DNA from: Azolla caroliniana
Taxonomy: Eukaryota > Plantae > Polypodiophyta
NCBI GenBank assembly: GCA_043228905.1
Contig: JBHGNT010000004.1
Span: forward strand, 16,740,001 to 16,804,000
Direction of reading: 5' to 3'
Length of the DNA: 64,000 bases
Below, in pieces: positions 11,843 through 25,700 of the stretch. The translations under genes and the position numbers were made by a program. Numbering within the stretch: position 1 is the stretch's first letter; the number at the start of each line of letters is the position of its first letter. Under the pieces are notes generated by a model. The model had not been told where the DNA came from and did no database searches. It was given only the letters and a program-made list of their open reading frames with translations.

Positions 11843-14462
11843 CTATCCCTTTTCTTCGACGACACGTCTCACAGGTCGTAGGGTTTGTATTAGGACCTGG
11901 TTTATGAGGATATTGGCGATGAAATGCAGTGACGAGTTCCGCAACATTGGAAATATTTGCAGCAGGTTCCCAAGTTTGATCATTGGGGGTATAACCTAGC
12001 CAATCAACTAAGTAATACAGCTTGTTGCGCACGATTTTAGAATCGAGAACGGAAGCAACTTCAAATTCGGGTCCGTCCAAGAACTCGACAGGTGGTGGTG
12101 GTGTCGTAAGACGGCCCGGAATTGAACTTGTAGCATAAGGTTCCAAAAGGGATACGTGAAACACTGGATGAAGATGGATGTGCGGAGGGAGGCCAAGACG
12201 AAATGCAACATCACTTATCTTACTAGTGATAATGTAAGGGCCAAAACGTTTGGTAATCCAATTTACTGCAAGGTCGAGTGGTCTTGATGTTGTGTTGGAG
12301 AAGCCATACATGATCCCCAACGCGGAACTTTTTTGAGGAGTCTAGACGATGACGATCAGCAAGCCTCTTGTGTGTAACTTGAGCATCGTGCAAATTGTGG
12401 AGAATGGTAGCGTGAATTTCTTGGAGGCGACTAAGACGATCCTCGGCAACAGGGTTGGTAGGAACATCTGGATGCGCATTCATCGTCCACCGAGGAGGAC
12501 AACCCGTATTTGCGAAAAATGGAGAATATCCTGTAGAAGAATGGGTTGAGTTGTTGTAAGCGAATTCCGCTAAGTGCAAAAAATCAACCCAATCATCTTG
12601 TTGATAGTTGATGAAACAACGAAGATATTTCTCCAACGTCTGGTTGGTACGCTAAGTTTGGCCATTTGTTTCGGGATGATAACCCGAAGAAAACTTAACC
12701 AAAATGTGGACAAGTTTGAACATGTGCTTCCAAAACTTTGAGATGAATTGTGGACCACGATCACTAATAATATCATCCGGCAGACCATGATGCTTAAATA
12801 CCTCTCGCATAATGAGATTAGCCGCCTCTTAATTAGTAATCGACTTCGTACATGGCAAGAAATGTGCCATTTTGGTAAATCGATCAACCACTGTGAGAAT
12901 TGCATCAAAACCTTTTGAAACTAGGAGATTAGTAATGAAATCCAAGGATATAGACTTTCAAGGATTTTCCGGAATGGGAAGTGGTTGTAGTAAGCCATAG
13001 GATCGGTGACAATGACTCTTTGATCAACAACATATATCACAACTCCGAACATACTCCTCAACAAAATGACAAAGGCGAGGCCACCAATAGCGTCGAGAAA
13101 TTAACTCTATAGTCTTGCAAACTCCAAAATGACCAGCCATTGGTGAGTCATGGCAATGTTGTAAAACTTGTAGTCCCGGGGGACCATCAGGAACATACAA
13201 TAGGTTTTGTCAAAATAGAAAACCACCATGCCAATAGAATTGATGATAGTCATTACGAAGATTTTTCGACCGTGAGCAAGAAGCACGATCCGGGATGATA
13301 TGATCCAAAACATCCTTGGCGAAATCATCAGTGGCCATATGATCTCGAATGGAATCAAGAAGAGTGGAGTCTTCAAGAGTTGTTATGGCGTTAACTACCA
13401 TTAATCGTAAGTGATTAGGACCCAAAAGGATTTGTTTTTGATGCTCAAATGCAGGTTCCCCTGGACGAAGTTCCATATAAGAGCGCCGAGAAAGAGCATC
13501 TGCTTTTCCTTGCTGCATCCCAGGGCGATATATGATGATAAAGTCGAAGTGAGTCAAAAATTCTGCCCATTGGGCTTGTCGCCGACTCAAGACTTGAGCA
13601 TTTTGGAAATAAGTCAGGTTCTTATGATCATTGTAGACAATGATCCGCTGAGAAGAACCTTCTAGAAATTGTTCTCATTGTTGAAACGAATCCACAATTG
13701 CAAGAAGCTCTTTGTCATGGATCTCGTAGTTGATCTCTATAGCTTCAAACTTTCGTGAATGGAAGGTGACAGGGTGTAGTTGTCCATCATCTCCAATTTG
13801 TGAGAGGACACTCCCTAGTGCAAAATCGGATGCATCAGCTTCGAGGATGAAGCGTTTTGTTGGGTTGACATGTGCTAAGATAGGTGCCGTTGTAAATGGT
13901 CATTTTAAGCTTTTGAATGCCTCGGCTGCATCTGAACTCCATATAAATGGCTGATCTTTATGTGTGAGTTGAGTAAGCGGAAGCACAACCTTGGAATAAT
14001 CTTTAATAAATTTTCGATAAAAATTTGCAAACCCAAGAAAACATTGCACATCGCACATTGAAAGGGGCATTTGCCACTCTAAAATTTCCTGTACCTTCAT
14101 GGGGTCCATAGCAATACCATCTGAGGATACAATATACCCCAAAAATTCAACTTGATTCTGGCCGAAACTACACTTTTCTAATTTTGCGTAGAGACCATAT
14201 TCTTGGAGTTGACGCAGTACCTGACGAACATGTTCGTCATGCTCCTCTTGGGTCTTCGAGTAGATTAGAATATCATCTAGGCAAACTATAGTGAAGGTAT
14301 TAAGAAAATCTCGAAAAATATCGTTCGCCATATGTTGGAAAACAACAGGTGCATTCGTGAGATCGAATGGCATCACAGTATACTCAAAATGTCCATAGCG
14401 AATACAAAAAGCTGTCTTCCATTCATCCCCTGGGCGAATTCGAACTAGATTATATGCTCCAT
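11843..14462 (-). mobile_element. Degenerate Ty3/gypsy chromovirus pol (RT, RNase H, integrase, chromodomain)
   Basis: GAYNLVRIRPGDEWKTAF, CLDDILIYS, FLGFANFYRKFI, RRQAQWAEFL, YLRCFINYQQDDW, FGPY and YYLVDWLGY..DQTWEP; several stops and frameshifts. Confidence 0.95.
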
Positions 14463-15584
14463 CAAACTTTTCACCCGCGTGTAAGGGCCGGTTCATGCAC
14501 ACTATTCCCGGATTCCGCCGTGGGACGGTTTTCTTCTCGACACCGGTCTCTCGGCTCCCCCTTTGGATTTCCAGAAGTGTCGGCAATTCTTCTGGAAATG
14601 CCCCAGCTTTCCGCAATAAAAGCAAGTGGGCCTTCCCCTTGACTTCGACCTCGTCCCTGATTTGTCTTGGTTTTGGGGACTCTGATACCTGCCTCTTCCC
14701 TGGTTATGGTCATCATCTGTGACCAAAGCCTTCGGATCGGTTCCGGACTTTCGGTCCTTTCAGTGAGCTTCTTCATCTAGCAAGCTTGATTTTACCCTTG
14801 CTAGAGACAACTGCTTTCCTTCCGGCCCGGCGTTGCCCAAAGTGACAACTAGCGTCTCCCAACTATCTAGGAGGGAATCGAGTAGGAGCAATGCAAGTAC
14901 CTCGTCGGCTAGAGGTACTTTGAGCAAAGTTGTTTGGTTTATGAGCCCCTAAAATGCATTCATGTGCTCCGCCATGTTGGATCCGTCCTGGTATCGAAGT
15001 CTCACTAACTTCTAGAAGTCCAAAACCCAATTTACGGCGTTTTTACTCTCCAACATGGTGCTGATTTTCTCCCAAAGCACATGAGGTTTACTTTCTTCAT
15101 TAATGTTGTTATATAGGCTCATGTCAATGAAGCATTGGATGTACGCCGTTATCTTCATGTGCATCACCTCCCATGTCGTGACATTGATCTTGTCCGATTT
15201 CTTGTCCCCGAACTGTATTGGCAGCCAGAGATCTTTGACCACGAGCATGTCCCTCATCTTCGACTTCCACACTAGGTAGTTGGAGCCGGTGAGCTTGAAC
15301 ATGCCGCCAAATGATTCTTCCATTTCCTTTGTTTGCTCTTATACCAGTTGTGTAGAAATAATGCTTGGCCACAACCGAGTAATCAACAAGGAATAGAAGA
15401 GAACAAACTAAAAACCGAGATGACACAGGATGTTTACGTGGAAAACCGTAAATGGAAAAAACCACGAGAGTCCACGGACTCCAACTATCACTATGAGAGG
15501 AGGAATACAAAATGAGACTCAGAGGCAACGACCTCGAGCTCTATGTCTTTGCCAATGGCGGTTACAAACAGAAAACTAGTTTTG

Positions 15585-15651
<67 letters not shown>

Positions 15652-15956
15652 GTGTGTGTGTGTGTGTGTACAACAGTATACAACCTCTAACACAATCTAC
15701 TTTTTAAAGTGATTGCCCTAAGTCATATTTATACTTTTAGGGCTATTTACAAATGTAGCCTCGATGGGCTCACCACGAAACATATTTACACATATGTCCT
15801 TGGATCCGGTTTGCACCAGATCCATTCGGATTCACTCGATCCGGTTTCCGGGTCTCATCCGAAACCCTTCCGGATCTGGTTCCTTCATCCGACTCGTTCG
15901 ATCCGACACCTCCGGTTCTCATCTGGATCCCAATCGGAGGGACCGAATTCCCAACA
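14463..15956 (-). mobile_element. Ty1/copia 5' part: LTR (15349-15956), PBS (15335-15346), degenerate gag with zinc knuckle
   Basis: LTR starts TGTTGGG; PBS TGGTATAAGAGC; gag MFKLTGSNYLVWKSKMRDML; CFYCGKLGHFQKNC; (CT)n(GT)n inside the LTR. Confidence 0.88.
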
Positions 15957-16215
15957 TATAGATGTTAGGTTTTATGATAGTATTACCTCTGTGCGTGAGT
16001 GGGGCAGAGTAGAACTATGTGAGCATGCAAGAAGAACAAAGAGAGCGAGAGAGTGTGAGTGAAATAGAGAAGGAAAGAGATTGATATAGAGTGAGCGACA
16101 AGGGCTGAAACAAAGAAGAGAAGTGTTGTGTTAGTCGTGTGTGAGTGTTATGTACACATAACGTAGGTGAGGGTAGATCACTATTATTTACATAAGTGAA
16201 AGGTATGTTCACTAA

Positions 16216-16636
16216 TGTTAAAAAGAGGACTAATGTGATTGGATAGAAGGAATGATAGCTGCATGCACTATCATGATTTGGACAACCAATGAATGGAGAG
16301 CCTTTTAAAAAGGCACATCTATTCAAGGGGCCTAGGAAAAGGTATAAATATGAGGTTTAGCTATCCTCATAAGGACATTACGTCGGAAGGTTGTTGTCTT
16401 AAACATCGGGGGTGCAGGATAGGCTTTCGTCTTGATGATCATGTTTATCTCTTTCAAGGTATTAGTCATCCTAATATCCGATGGTATGGGACGTCAGTGG
16501 TAGGTTGGTTATGTCTAGATCTTAGCTCGGGAGTGGTCGGGTGGAATGGGTTCTTCTATCCAATCTATTTTCCTTCTTTTTACTTTATTAAATTGGTCTA
16601 TTGATTAGAATAGACTCTTAACAGTGGTATCAAAGC
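16216..16636 (+). mobile_element. LTR (16216-16623) and tRNA-iMet PBS of an element whose adjacent internal region is non-coding
   Basis: TGTTAAAAAGAG...CTCTTAACA termini; TGGTATCAAAGC at 16625-16636; TATAAATA inside. Confidence 0.7.
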
Positions 16637-17086
16637 ATTTACTAACAATTGTTTTTCGTTGTTTTGAAATTTTTTGCATGTGAGCGATGGGGATCTAACA
16701 AGGCTCGTCATGCTCTTCATAGGATCAAAACAACACAAGTTTTTCTTAACCCGGTATTCCTATTTCTCGATCTCTCTCTCCTTTTTTCTTTTATTTCTTG
16801 GTCGAATCAAATTTGTATTGTGTTTTCTTTTATTTCTTTCTTCTTTCTACCATGTTACGATTTTAATTATTATTGTGCATTGAGCAAAGCGTGTTTGCAC
16901 TAATCGCACATGCTCAACTCATGGCCCTTTTGCATATTGTGATATACCTTCCACTCTCCCTTCTCTTGAGCCATCTCTTACGATAATAATTATTCTTGTG
17001 CATCGGGTCGAGCGTGTTTGCTCTAATCGCACACGCTCACCTCACGGCCCTTTTGCATATGATGTTGAGTACCGCACCCTTCCCTT

Positions 17087-17400
17087 TATTGAGCCATCAC
17101 TTGCCCGATTCTATGGGATGTTATGGTCTTAACGAGGTCTATGTCGCCTACCTATCCCACTTTACTCTCTATTGAGCCATCACTTGGCCGATTCTATGGG
17201 ATGTTGTGGTCTTAACGAGGTCTATGTCGCCTACCTATCCCACTTTACTCTCTATTGAGCCATCACTTGGCCGATTCTATGGGAAGTTGTGGCCTTGACG
17301 AGGTGTATGCCGCTTACCTATGCCACTTTACTCTCTATTGAGCCATCACTTGGCTGATTCTAGAGATATGTATTGGTCTTAAGGAGGTGCATGTCGACTA
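17087..17400. repeat. 83-bp tandem repeat, ~3.8 copies, preceded by two ~123-bp related units (16870-17085)
   Basis: TATTGAGCCATCACTTG starts at 17087, 17170, 17253 and 17336. Confidence 0.92.
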
Positions 17401-18379
17401 TTGTAGGGTTTCTTACCTTAAAGCATGCTTAATGTTCCATACACCTAATTGATTATTATTCTAATTAATTTTTAATTACACAAATTTTCGTTTCACTTTT
17501 TCAAGTTGTATGATTTTCTCGTAATTGTCATTTACCCACCCACAATTAACTCTCTTTTTTCACTTCCTTTTCATGTTTAAAGTATTTACGTGTGTTTACC
17601 TATGATGTTACGCTTCCGTGTCTAGACTATTTTTTTGAAATTGAGTGGGTATCATGCCGTTTTTTGAACGATTTTTTCCAACGGGTCATCTAGGTTTAAC
17701 TCATATTATCGAGCCTTAGAACTCAAGTAAAATCACATGAGTTCCCCTATTGATGTTTTACTCATAGATTTAAGTACTACATCTTTGCGCACAACACCAC
17801 CACCACTTGTATCAATTTGTGGCTTATGTCACAATTGTGTAAATTACAACCACCATATTGGGATGTATATGTGCATACCTCGCACCTCCCATTTATTTGT
17901 GACATGGTTTTTTTTAGTAGATAGCACATGGGTTTTTTGACCCTTGTTTCGTCACTCCTTAACTCTTATGGGTAGTGCCTTATTTTATCATTTTTGTCAT
18001 AACATTTGCTTGTTACTCACAAGACTAGGATATTACTTGCGAGTGCACTTGTTTTTTCACGTAATACACTTTTTCGACCATATTAATACATGCACATGAA
18101 CAAGTTTAGTTATTCCATATATTGTTGTTGTGAGATTCATATTGTTGTGATACTCTCTGAGACTCGAGCCTTTCTTCCAGAAAGTTGAAAGCTCTGTAAT
18201 TTGTTTCACTTTGTACTCTTCATTCATAGTGATATTTTGTTGGCTAGAGGGCCCATGGTTTGTTCCCTAATCTGGGATTTTCCACGTAAATCGTGTGTAG
18301 CTTGACTTGTGTTTGTGTCTTAGAATAATCTAATGTTTATCTTTGATTGTAAATCCATCACCCGTTGGCACAAAATCTT

Positions 18380-20310
18380 GAGTTTGGCACCAAAATTTTC
18401 GAAGCAGTAATGATCCACACCACCAAACGAGGTGTCTGCACAGAAACAAATCAAGCGGTCACTAAATCCAACGGGCTACATGCTACTACGAAGGATGGCT
18501 AACCCTAAGGGCATTACCAAATATAAATCTCGCACCTAGCCCCTCCACCAATGTACCTCTCTCAACACACCCTAGTATCATGAAAGCCCCATTGAAGACC
18601 AACAAAACATAGAACGACATATCCAAGATACGGTACAAGAAATTCGAGCCATTGAACAAGAAATCGATATATGGACAATCCAACTTGCAAAAGAAGGGCG
18701 GCCAGATGCACTTAGTCAACACATTGAGGCCGCATTGTCGAAAAGAAAGGAGGCATACACAAGAACATAGCAAAAGCTTGCACTCCTTGATGTAATATTG
18801 CACCATTAACACAACCAATATGAGTCCGACATAAATAGCCACTCCAGCACACCTAGAAACAGTCCTAACCAAGAACAACTTTGAAGACTGTCACCATTAC
18901 GAGTCTCACATACCAACCAGCCACGAACCGCACAACCCACAAACCTCCCAATGCCGAGTTAATGGTGGCGCTACAATCCATCCAAACCTTAGTATCATTG
19001 GTGGAGAAAGAATGAACCGCTACAGAGGGCTCAAAGACCCCCATGAACCATAGCAGGAAAAGCGCCGCAATCTCGAAGTTAGTTCGCCATTTCCTTGGGT
19101 TCAGAGACACATATGATCATGCGGAATGCTTCAAGAAAATAAGCCGAACCTATGAACTTGTCACGGAAGCTGCAAAGGTTGTTGCCTTTGGCCTCATGCT
19201 TGATGATCAAGCCAGCATATGGTTCTGAACTCTCACTGAATATATAGTTATTGACTTCGACTATGTCATTGAAGATTGCTTAACAAATTTCGCTCGACGA
19301 GGGAACAAGTGGAACCCAATCGACCAACTATTCTGAGTTAACCAAGAAGCGAGGGAAACGGTCCGCAACTATAGACTATATATGCCGCACTAAGAGCCTC
19401 CACAGCCGAGTGATAAAATGTCGGACGATAATAAGCTCATGAGTCGTTTCATCAATGGCCTCTTTGACCCCACACTTCAGAACTTCCTCACAGCAAGGAT
19501 ATTGTGTAAGTCCTTCGCTGAAGCATGCACGGTGGTGATGACATTCGAAGACTCAATGACAGGCCTTTGAGTCGCTACCTATGCACCAACAAACACCCAT
19601 AAGAACACACTGGAATCCATTCCATAGGCACTACCGAGACCACCTGGCATAGAACGGCCAGAAGCTTATGCAACAAGGGAGAAGATTCGATGCGTGGTGT
19701 GGCAAGGACACCATACGGGACACAGTGCCCCCTCTTACATCAACAACGCCCGCACAGAATAACCGAGCTCAGGTTGGGAGAAGGGGTCTATCCTTCCTTG
19801 TACGAAGATCACTTCCAAAAACTTGTCGGTGAAGAAGAAGAAGTCAATCTCCCAAATTCCAATTTATAGATTTTAAGGGCGACCAAATTCCGGTTTATGT
19901 ACTACGAGGAGAACAAAGAGGACCCCCAACGCGGTACCGTGGTAACGGTGGCCCAAGAACCGACGGAGTTGAAGTGTTTTAAGTGCCACATGGTAAGCGA
20001 ATGCCCAACAAAACATGAATATTACAATTGAATGGCACAATGGCCACGGTAGAATCACCGCGAGGTGGAGGCATCGCAACCTACCCCAATTTGCCCAAAC
20101 CAACAAGCACAAGAACTCATCGAGTGGTTTCAACAAGTGATCATCTCATGGCGGATTGCCCCCAAGGAAAAACAATGTGCATTGGTGCAAACTTATTGTT
20201 GATAGCTCTTTCAAACCATTGGGACCAATGTTATGTGACTGGCGTGCAAACTTCAAAAGCAACAAGCATCACACACAATGTGAAGAAGCACCAAGAACAA
20301 GGGTGAGGCA
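18380..20310 (+). mobile_element. Decayed Ty3/gypsy-type gag region with several degenerate zinc knuckles
   Basis: Retrotrans_gag-like KVVAFGLMLDDQASIWF; Cys/His knuckle remnants near 19690-19730, 19975-20010 and 20125-20230; LTR-U5-like GGGATTTTCCACGTAAA upstream at ~18274. Confidence 0.55.
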
Positions 20311-20329
20311 CCACGGTGACTGACTGTTT

Positions 20330-20500
20330 TGAAGGAAAAGCAAAGCAAAGAAGAGTCTCACCGTGACTGACATATTTGTGGCGCTTTCCTGTACTGAAAC
20401 TAAGGGCGTAGTGGTTGCTCTAACCACCAAAGACGGATTATGGATCAAAACAATAATCGAAGAACTTTACATTCTAATGCTCATAGAAATTGAAAATATT
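20330..20500 (+). mobile_element. Small copia RNase H fragment
   Basis: VALSCTETK..VALTTKDGLWIKTIIEEL resembles copia VALSSTEAEY...KEAIWL. Confidence 0.55.
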
Positions 20501-21005
20501 TGCATATGTAACGTTAGCAACAACTCCTACGATTATTTTGATCTAGTGCTGATACAAAGACTTCGAACATGATCAACTTGTTGATTCCTCTGATGCATGT
20601 TTATCTGCGTTCTTGCATCTATCTAGCTCTGTACTTTTCCAATCCACTTAATTCAAGTTCTGTTGAAGGAATGTTCAAACTTAACTCCATTTTAGATTGT
20701 TGAAGGTTTGTTCTTTCCAAACTTAACTCCATTTTAGATTGTTACCTATAAGTTTTTTCACCACCTACTTTTTTTGCCATTTGATTTTTTGTTCAACTTT
20801 CACTCAAATGCTCTTTGGCTTCCTACATCGGTGGTTGGTTGTTATCTTCTGTAGATTAACCGGATTGAACTAACATGATCATGAGACTGCTCTAATGGTA
20901 TGTATGACTAAAATCGTCTCCTATCAAACCCTAATGAACATGGAAACTATCACCATTTAAGGTAACAACAAAACCCCTTGAGTGCATATAGCCAACAATA
21001 TCTGA

Positions 21006-21184
21006 GCTCCATGGAACACTTGGGTGGTTTTCTTCTATGGTGGTTGGTTGGCGAAACACTGCGATCAACTTGTCTTTCACTTGGATTTTGAATGGCCAAG
21101 TGCTCCATGGGAAACTTGGGGTGGTTCTCTTCAATGGTGGTAGGTTGGCCAAACACTGCGATCAACTTGTCTTTCACTTGGATT
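21006..21184. repeat. 96-bp-period direct duplication
   Basis: GCTCCATGG...AAACACTGCGATCAACTTGTCTTTCACTTGGATT at 21006 and 21102. Confidence 0.85.
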
Positions 21185-22492
21185 ACCAATTGGCCTTCTT
21201 GACCATAGATGTCTATGGTTCAAACACCACCTTGAAAGATATTGTCGCCATACGATGACTTTATCCACTCTCCATGGTTCGATGGTTCGGGACAAAATGG
21301 GATTGACTCCCATTTACATTTCTCCACTCCCACCCGTTAGCAATTAACACATTTTTTATATATAGACATCATGGGTCAGGATTGATCCATCCCCCATGTC
21401 AAATGCAACTCAAGTAAAAACTAACACATAATAATGCAAACATATTTCATTGGGTAATGAAACAGAGTATATGTCATGCTTCCTTGACTGAGCAAACATC
21501 AACTTTGCATATGACAATTACAAGGGACACATGGAGACCAAAGTTATCAATCTTAATCTCTTCTGATTAGAGACATGGAGTAATAGAACGAACAACATCA
21601 AGAAAAATAAGGGTACTATAACTGCTTAGCTCTAATTTATTTTCTGCGACAAAACCATATGGCACCTAAGGTAGCATCATCCTACTTGGTCTGCAGCAAA
21701 GGTCAAACCTACAATTAGGTATGATAAACATGTTTGCTTTGCCGTACACCATGGAAACCTGAGCCATCTAATGCCAGGTCAACAAGAAATCTCTACTGTA
21801 ATGAACAAGTAATGAACAGAGTGATTTCTTCACCAGATAAGCATATTAAGTGCAGTTACTGTATAATCCAGAATGCCCATACCCACCCAGAAGCAAATAG
21901 ACTTTTTAGCATTGGTTATATCTGCATACACATGCCATAACAACTATGTAGAGAAAATGAATTTTTTGTTTGCAACTCGCTAGTATAAATAACATGAAAT
22001 GGCTTCAACAAGATTTCACAATTCTTAAATATTCAGAATATATTATTAAAGAACTAGAATAGAACAAATTTCAGTTGCAAACTCAGAAGTCTTTATTAAA
22101 AGCTGTAAAATATTTCCAGCAGAATCATTAGATTGCCATAGGTTCTCTCAGTTTCTAATTAGTCACAGCAAATACTTCAGGGTTTATAATATGATCTGCT
22201 TCATTGCATCAAAAGAAAATGTATGAAGTGAGGAACTTCAATGAATAACATATTTCCGCAAGCATTAGACCCGATTACAACACATTTTTGTTGACGGGCT
22301 TTGCTATCGTGAAGAGTGCTCTGAAAATTCCATCCAATCGAATCAGAATTATTACAACTTGTATGATACAAGTACAGACTATATGTTCTCTTTTACATGT
22401 ATTTACATATCCCGTTACATGATGAGATTCGATTGGATCTCTCTTACACATCAGGTTTAAAATTCAATCAAAAATATATGCTTGTCATTTAT

Positions 22493-22729
22493 TCACATGG
22501 AGCCGAAACTTGAGGTTGTAAGCCGATGCACATCTGCAAATTCACGAACAAGGCGTTTCAAGGAACGACCTCCATCACCTTGCATGTAACCACCAGAAGT
22601 GTTTTTATTCAAATTGCAAAGCTTATTATTACAATAGTCAGAAGATGCAAGCTCTAATGCTTTCAACCAAGAGGAAATCAATATTTCAGCCTCCCCGAAC
22701 TTCAAATACTCTGCAGGGAGCGCTTGCAC
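22493..22729 (-). CDS. Transportin-like exon 24 (terminal)
   Basis: tag|[10 protein letters not shown]...FGSM-TGA, 237 nt. Confidence 0.93.
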   Translation of the reverse strand: MQALPAEYLKFGEAEILISSWLKALELASSDYCNNKLCNLNKNTSGGYMQGDGGRSLKRLVREFADVHRLTTSSFGSM

Positions 22730-25700
22730 CTACAGAAAAAGTAAGTCTAGTTAGAAGAATTTCGGTTTTATGCTATACAAAGTTAGAAAATACGTCTGGG
22801 GAAAAACAACTCTGATTAGAAGTATTTCAGCTCTGATACATGTTTAGAAAACACATAACAAGTTCGACAACAAATTCTAATTAGAAGCTTGCAGAAGGTT
22901 CTTACTGATCTTTAAATGAATAGGCATCAAATATGCAGTATCACATACAAAAACCATACCGCATTTACAAGGGATGTTTGTAGCGCATTCCATCCAAGCT
23001 TAGGTTTCCAAACCGTAGCATCACTTAAATTACAGACAGCTGCATAGTGTTGTAGAAGAGTTGTTGCCTTATGTACCTGCATAATCAACCAGATCTTCAT
23101 TCAAATGAAAAAAAGTCTTGATAAACTGTCTCACGCACTCATGATAATCAACCAGATCTTCATTCAAATGAAAAACAATGAGCTTTCTAGTACATGTTCC
23201 AGTGAAAGCGTCATTAAAACTCAATATAACACCAAATACTATTATCAAAAGATAGACAACTTCAATGGCCTGGTGAGGTACATCAAAGCCTATATACTCT
23301 CTAGGAATCAATCATACAAATGAATTCAAACAATGGTGAAATTTCTGAAGTATCCTTCAATTTCTTAATTGTGTTAAATTCCATACAACCAGTCACACAT
23401 ATACTGGGTAGCCATAATCACTTTTCGACATTATTTGGGATAATATAAATAATTCGCATTCATATAAGCAGATGCATACTCTTGTCATTGCAGAAACTCC
23501 AAGTAACGCATATAAAACACCAGAGATAATGCCTTCTCCGCAATCTGAGCAAATCTTCATGCATATTGCTGCAAGTGAGAACTCATTTAAACATGTTCCA
23601 GACTCCACAATGGACAGTGCCCCAGCTTCAAGAAAACCTGGAAATGATCAAAGTTTACAACTATTATATGCTGATACAAAAGATCTTCTAGTTTGTGTGT
23701 CCCCACCATAATTCTTTCAACCTTATTTGCCAATTGTTCAACGTCACCATATTGCTAGTTGAGGCATAAATCTCAACTATCACAATTGGGCCTCAGAATT
23801 AAATATTGGTGCTTTGCTTGTGCATAATATGTACAAACTACACATGCCATGATAATTAATTGTGATTGAGGTTCAATTCAAGTTAACCTTGTATAAATAA
23901 GGCCCAACTGTTGCTAAGCAAATTGTTCATTCTCAATGTAGCATGACAACATTTCAAAAACATATTTGACAAATAAATAGTCAGTGGTTCTAAAATAATC
24001 TTGCAGACTTACGGCACATGTATGACATCGCTGCAAGAGCAGCTCCACGGTGCATGGCAGTACACCAAATGGTAGCTTTCTGAAATGATGTCTCAATTAG
24101 TGGCCCAGCAGCGATTACTACATCCTGGTAATACATTTAAAGATTTATCAGTAGTTCAAAATTTTGAATGTCAAGATAAGCAAAGTGTGGATTTGTCACC
24201 TTTGGACAGCAACGCAAGAATGTTGATGTGAAACTGACATATGCTTCAACAACATCAGGTTCTTGATCACATGCGTATGATGAGTTCATCGCGGATATGG
24301 TATCTGCTTCTGTGAATGCACTGAATGTATTGATAAATAAAGAACCGAGTTCTTCTTTATGACCGAACTCTTCTAGTGCAACTGAGGCTGTCATGTTGAT
24401 AAAAGACAAGGCAACAGAATTCAGCAGGAAGAATACAGAATTAGTACTAACTAACATTGTTTAATTGTCAAGAGTTGAAGGAGAAACTTAGGTCAGAAAT
24501 GGAAAAACATGGATTAGTAGATACACATATCCGGAAAATTTCTGGTTCATAATATGAGGAAACACAGCTAAGGAAATACCAGTTATTACTTAATGGCCCC
24601 CATCAGCTGAAATTAGCACAAACATTTGTGTTTCGTATTTTGCAAATGCTTTGAGAGTTGTACTTTGGATACATTGGAGTCTCAAACACTGGTATGGGAT
24701 TTATATAAAGTCCAAGGGAGTATAGGAGAAAAAGCGTATGAATGGAGGAGAGAATAAAGCCCATCAATTAGAGAGGAATTGAATATTAAGGTTTTACGTA
24801 AATTAATGAGCACTTTAAAATATGCACAAATATAAGCCTTGACCAGAAACTTCATTTACGGTTGAAGAAGAGAAGTTGCCAATTTCCACTGTTTTCTGGA
24901 TGTGAGAGCTTGATGAAGAGTGGTGCAGGCCTAATATAGCACTGATCATTAACTTTTTCAATCCTTTGTATCGTAGATTGTACACAACACTTACACAGAT
25001 CACTTGTCACATGGTCAGCTACATATATAAATCTAGGCATCGAGAAAACAGCGCCAAGCATCAATTGGTAAAGGCATGTAAGTGTTTGAGAAGTTCAGCA
25101 GTATATATAAAACTAGGCATCAAGAAAACAGTGCCAAGCGTCAATTGGTGCCATCTTGACGGTTGCCTATCTCATCTAATCAACTACCGATTTTGAATGA
25201 TCGGTCTGAATATCCTAAATTTCTTTGAATAATGTTATGCATGAGAATACAAGTGCAGAATTAATACAAATTTTCATAGACATGTACTAAGCATAGCTCA
25301 TACATGCTTTTAATATTCCTATGGATTGCAAGGATAAATAATTTGTAATGAATCAACTTTTAACAATATTCATATATAAACTCGGCATAAAGAAAATATC
25401 AAAAACATAATATTTTGTGGAATAGGAATAGTATACCTGTCCTAATGAAGCATTCATTTGGTTGAACAGAAACAAAATCCTGACAAAGAGTTGTCATCAC
25501 TTTTGGAAGCAGCGCAAAGAAATGTTGTCCTGGTTTACAGAGGGAGAAAATAAAAAGCTCAAGTAAATTTCATCTGTTTCCTGATAACATAGCAATGGAA
25601 ACAAAACTCATGACTTTGCACCTGAAGCTTGAATAATGTATGACAAAGTCCTACATATAGCCACTGCCAGGCCATGGTTTTCTATGTGACGTGAAGCAAG

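Noticed and set aside
15491-15712. ERERER/SLSLSL ORFs
   Set aside because: These are microsatellite translations within an LTR.
17087-17400. 83-bp repeats as a CRISPR array
   Set aside because: Whole units are repeated with no unique spacers; this is an ordinary tandem repeat.
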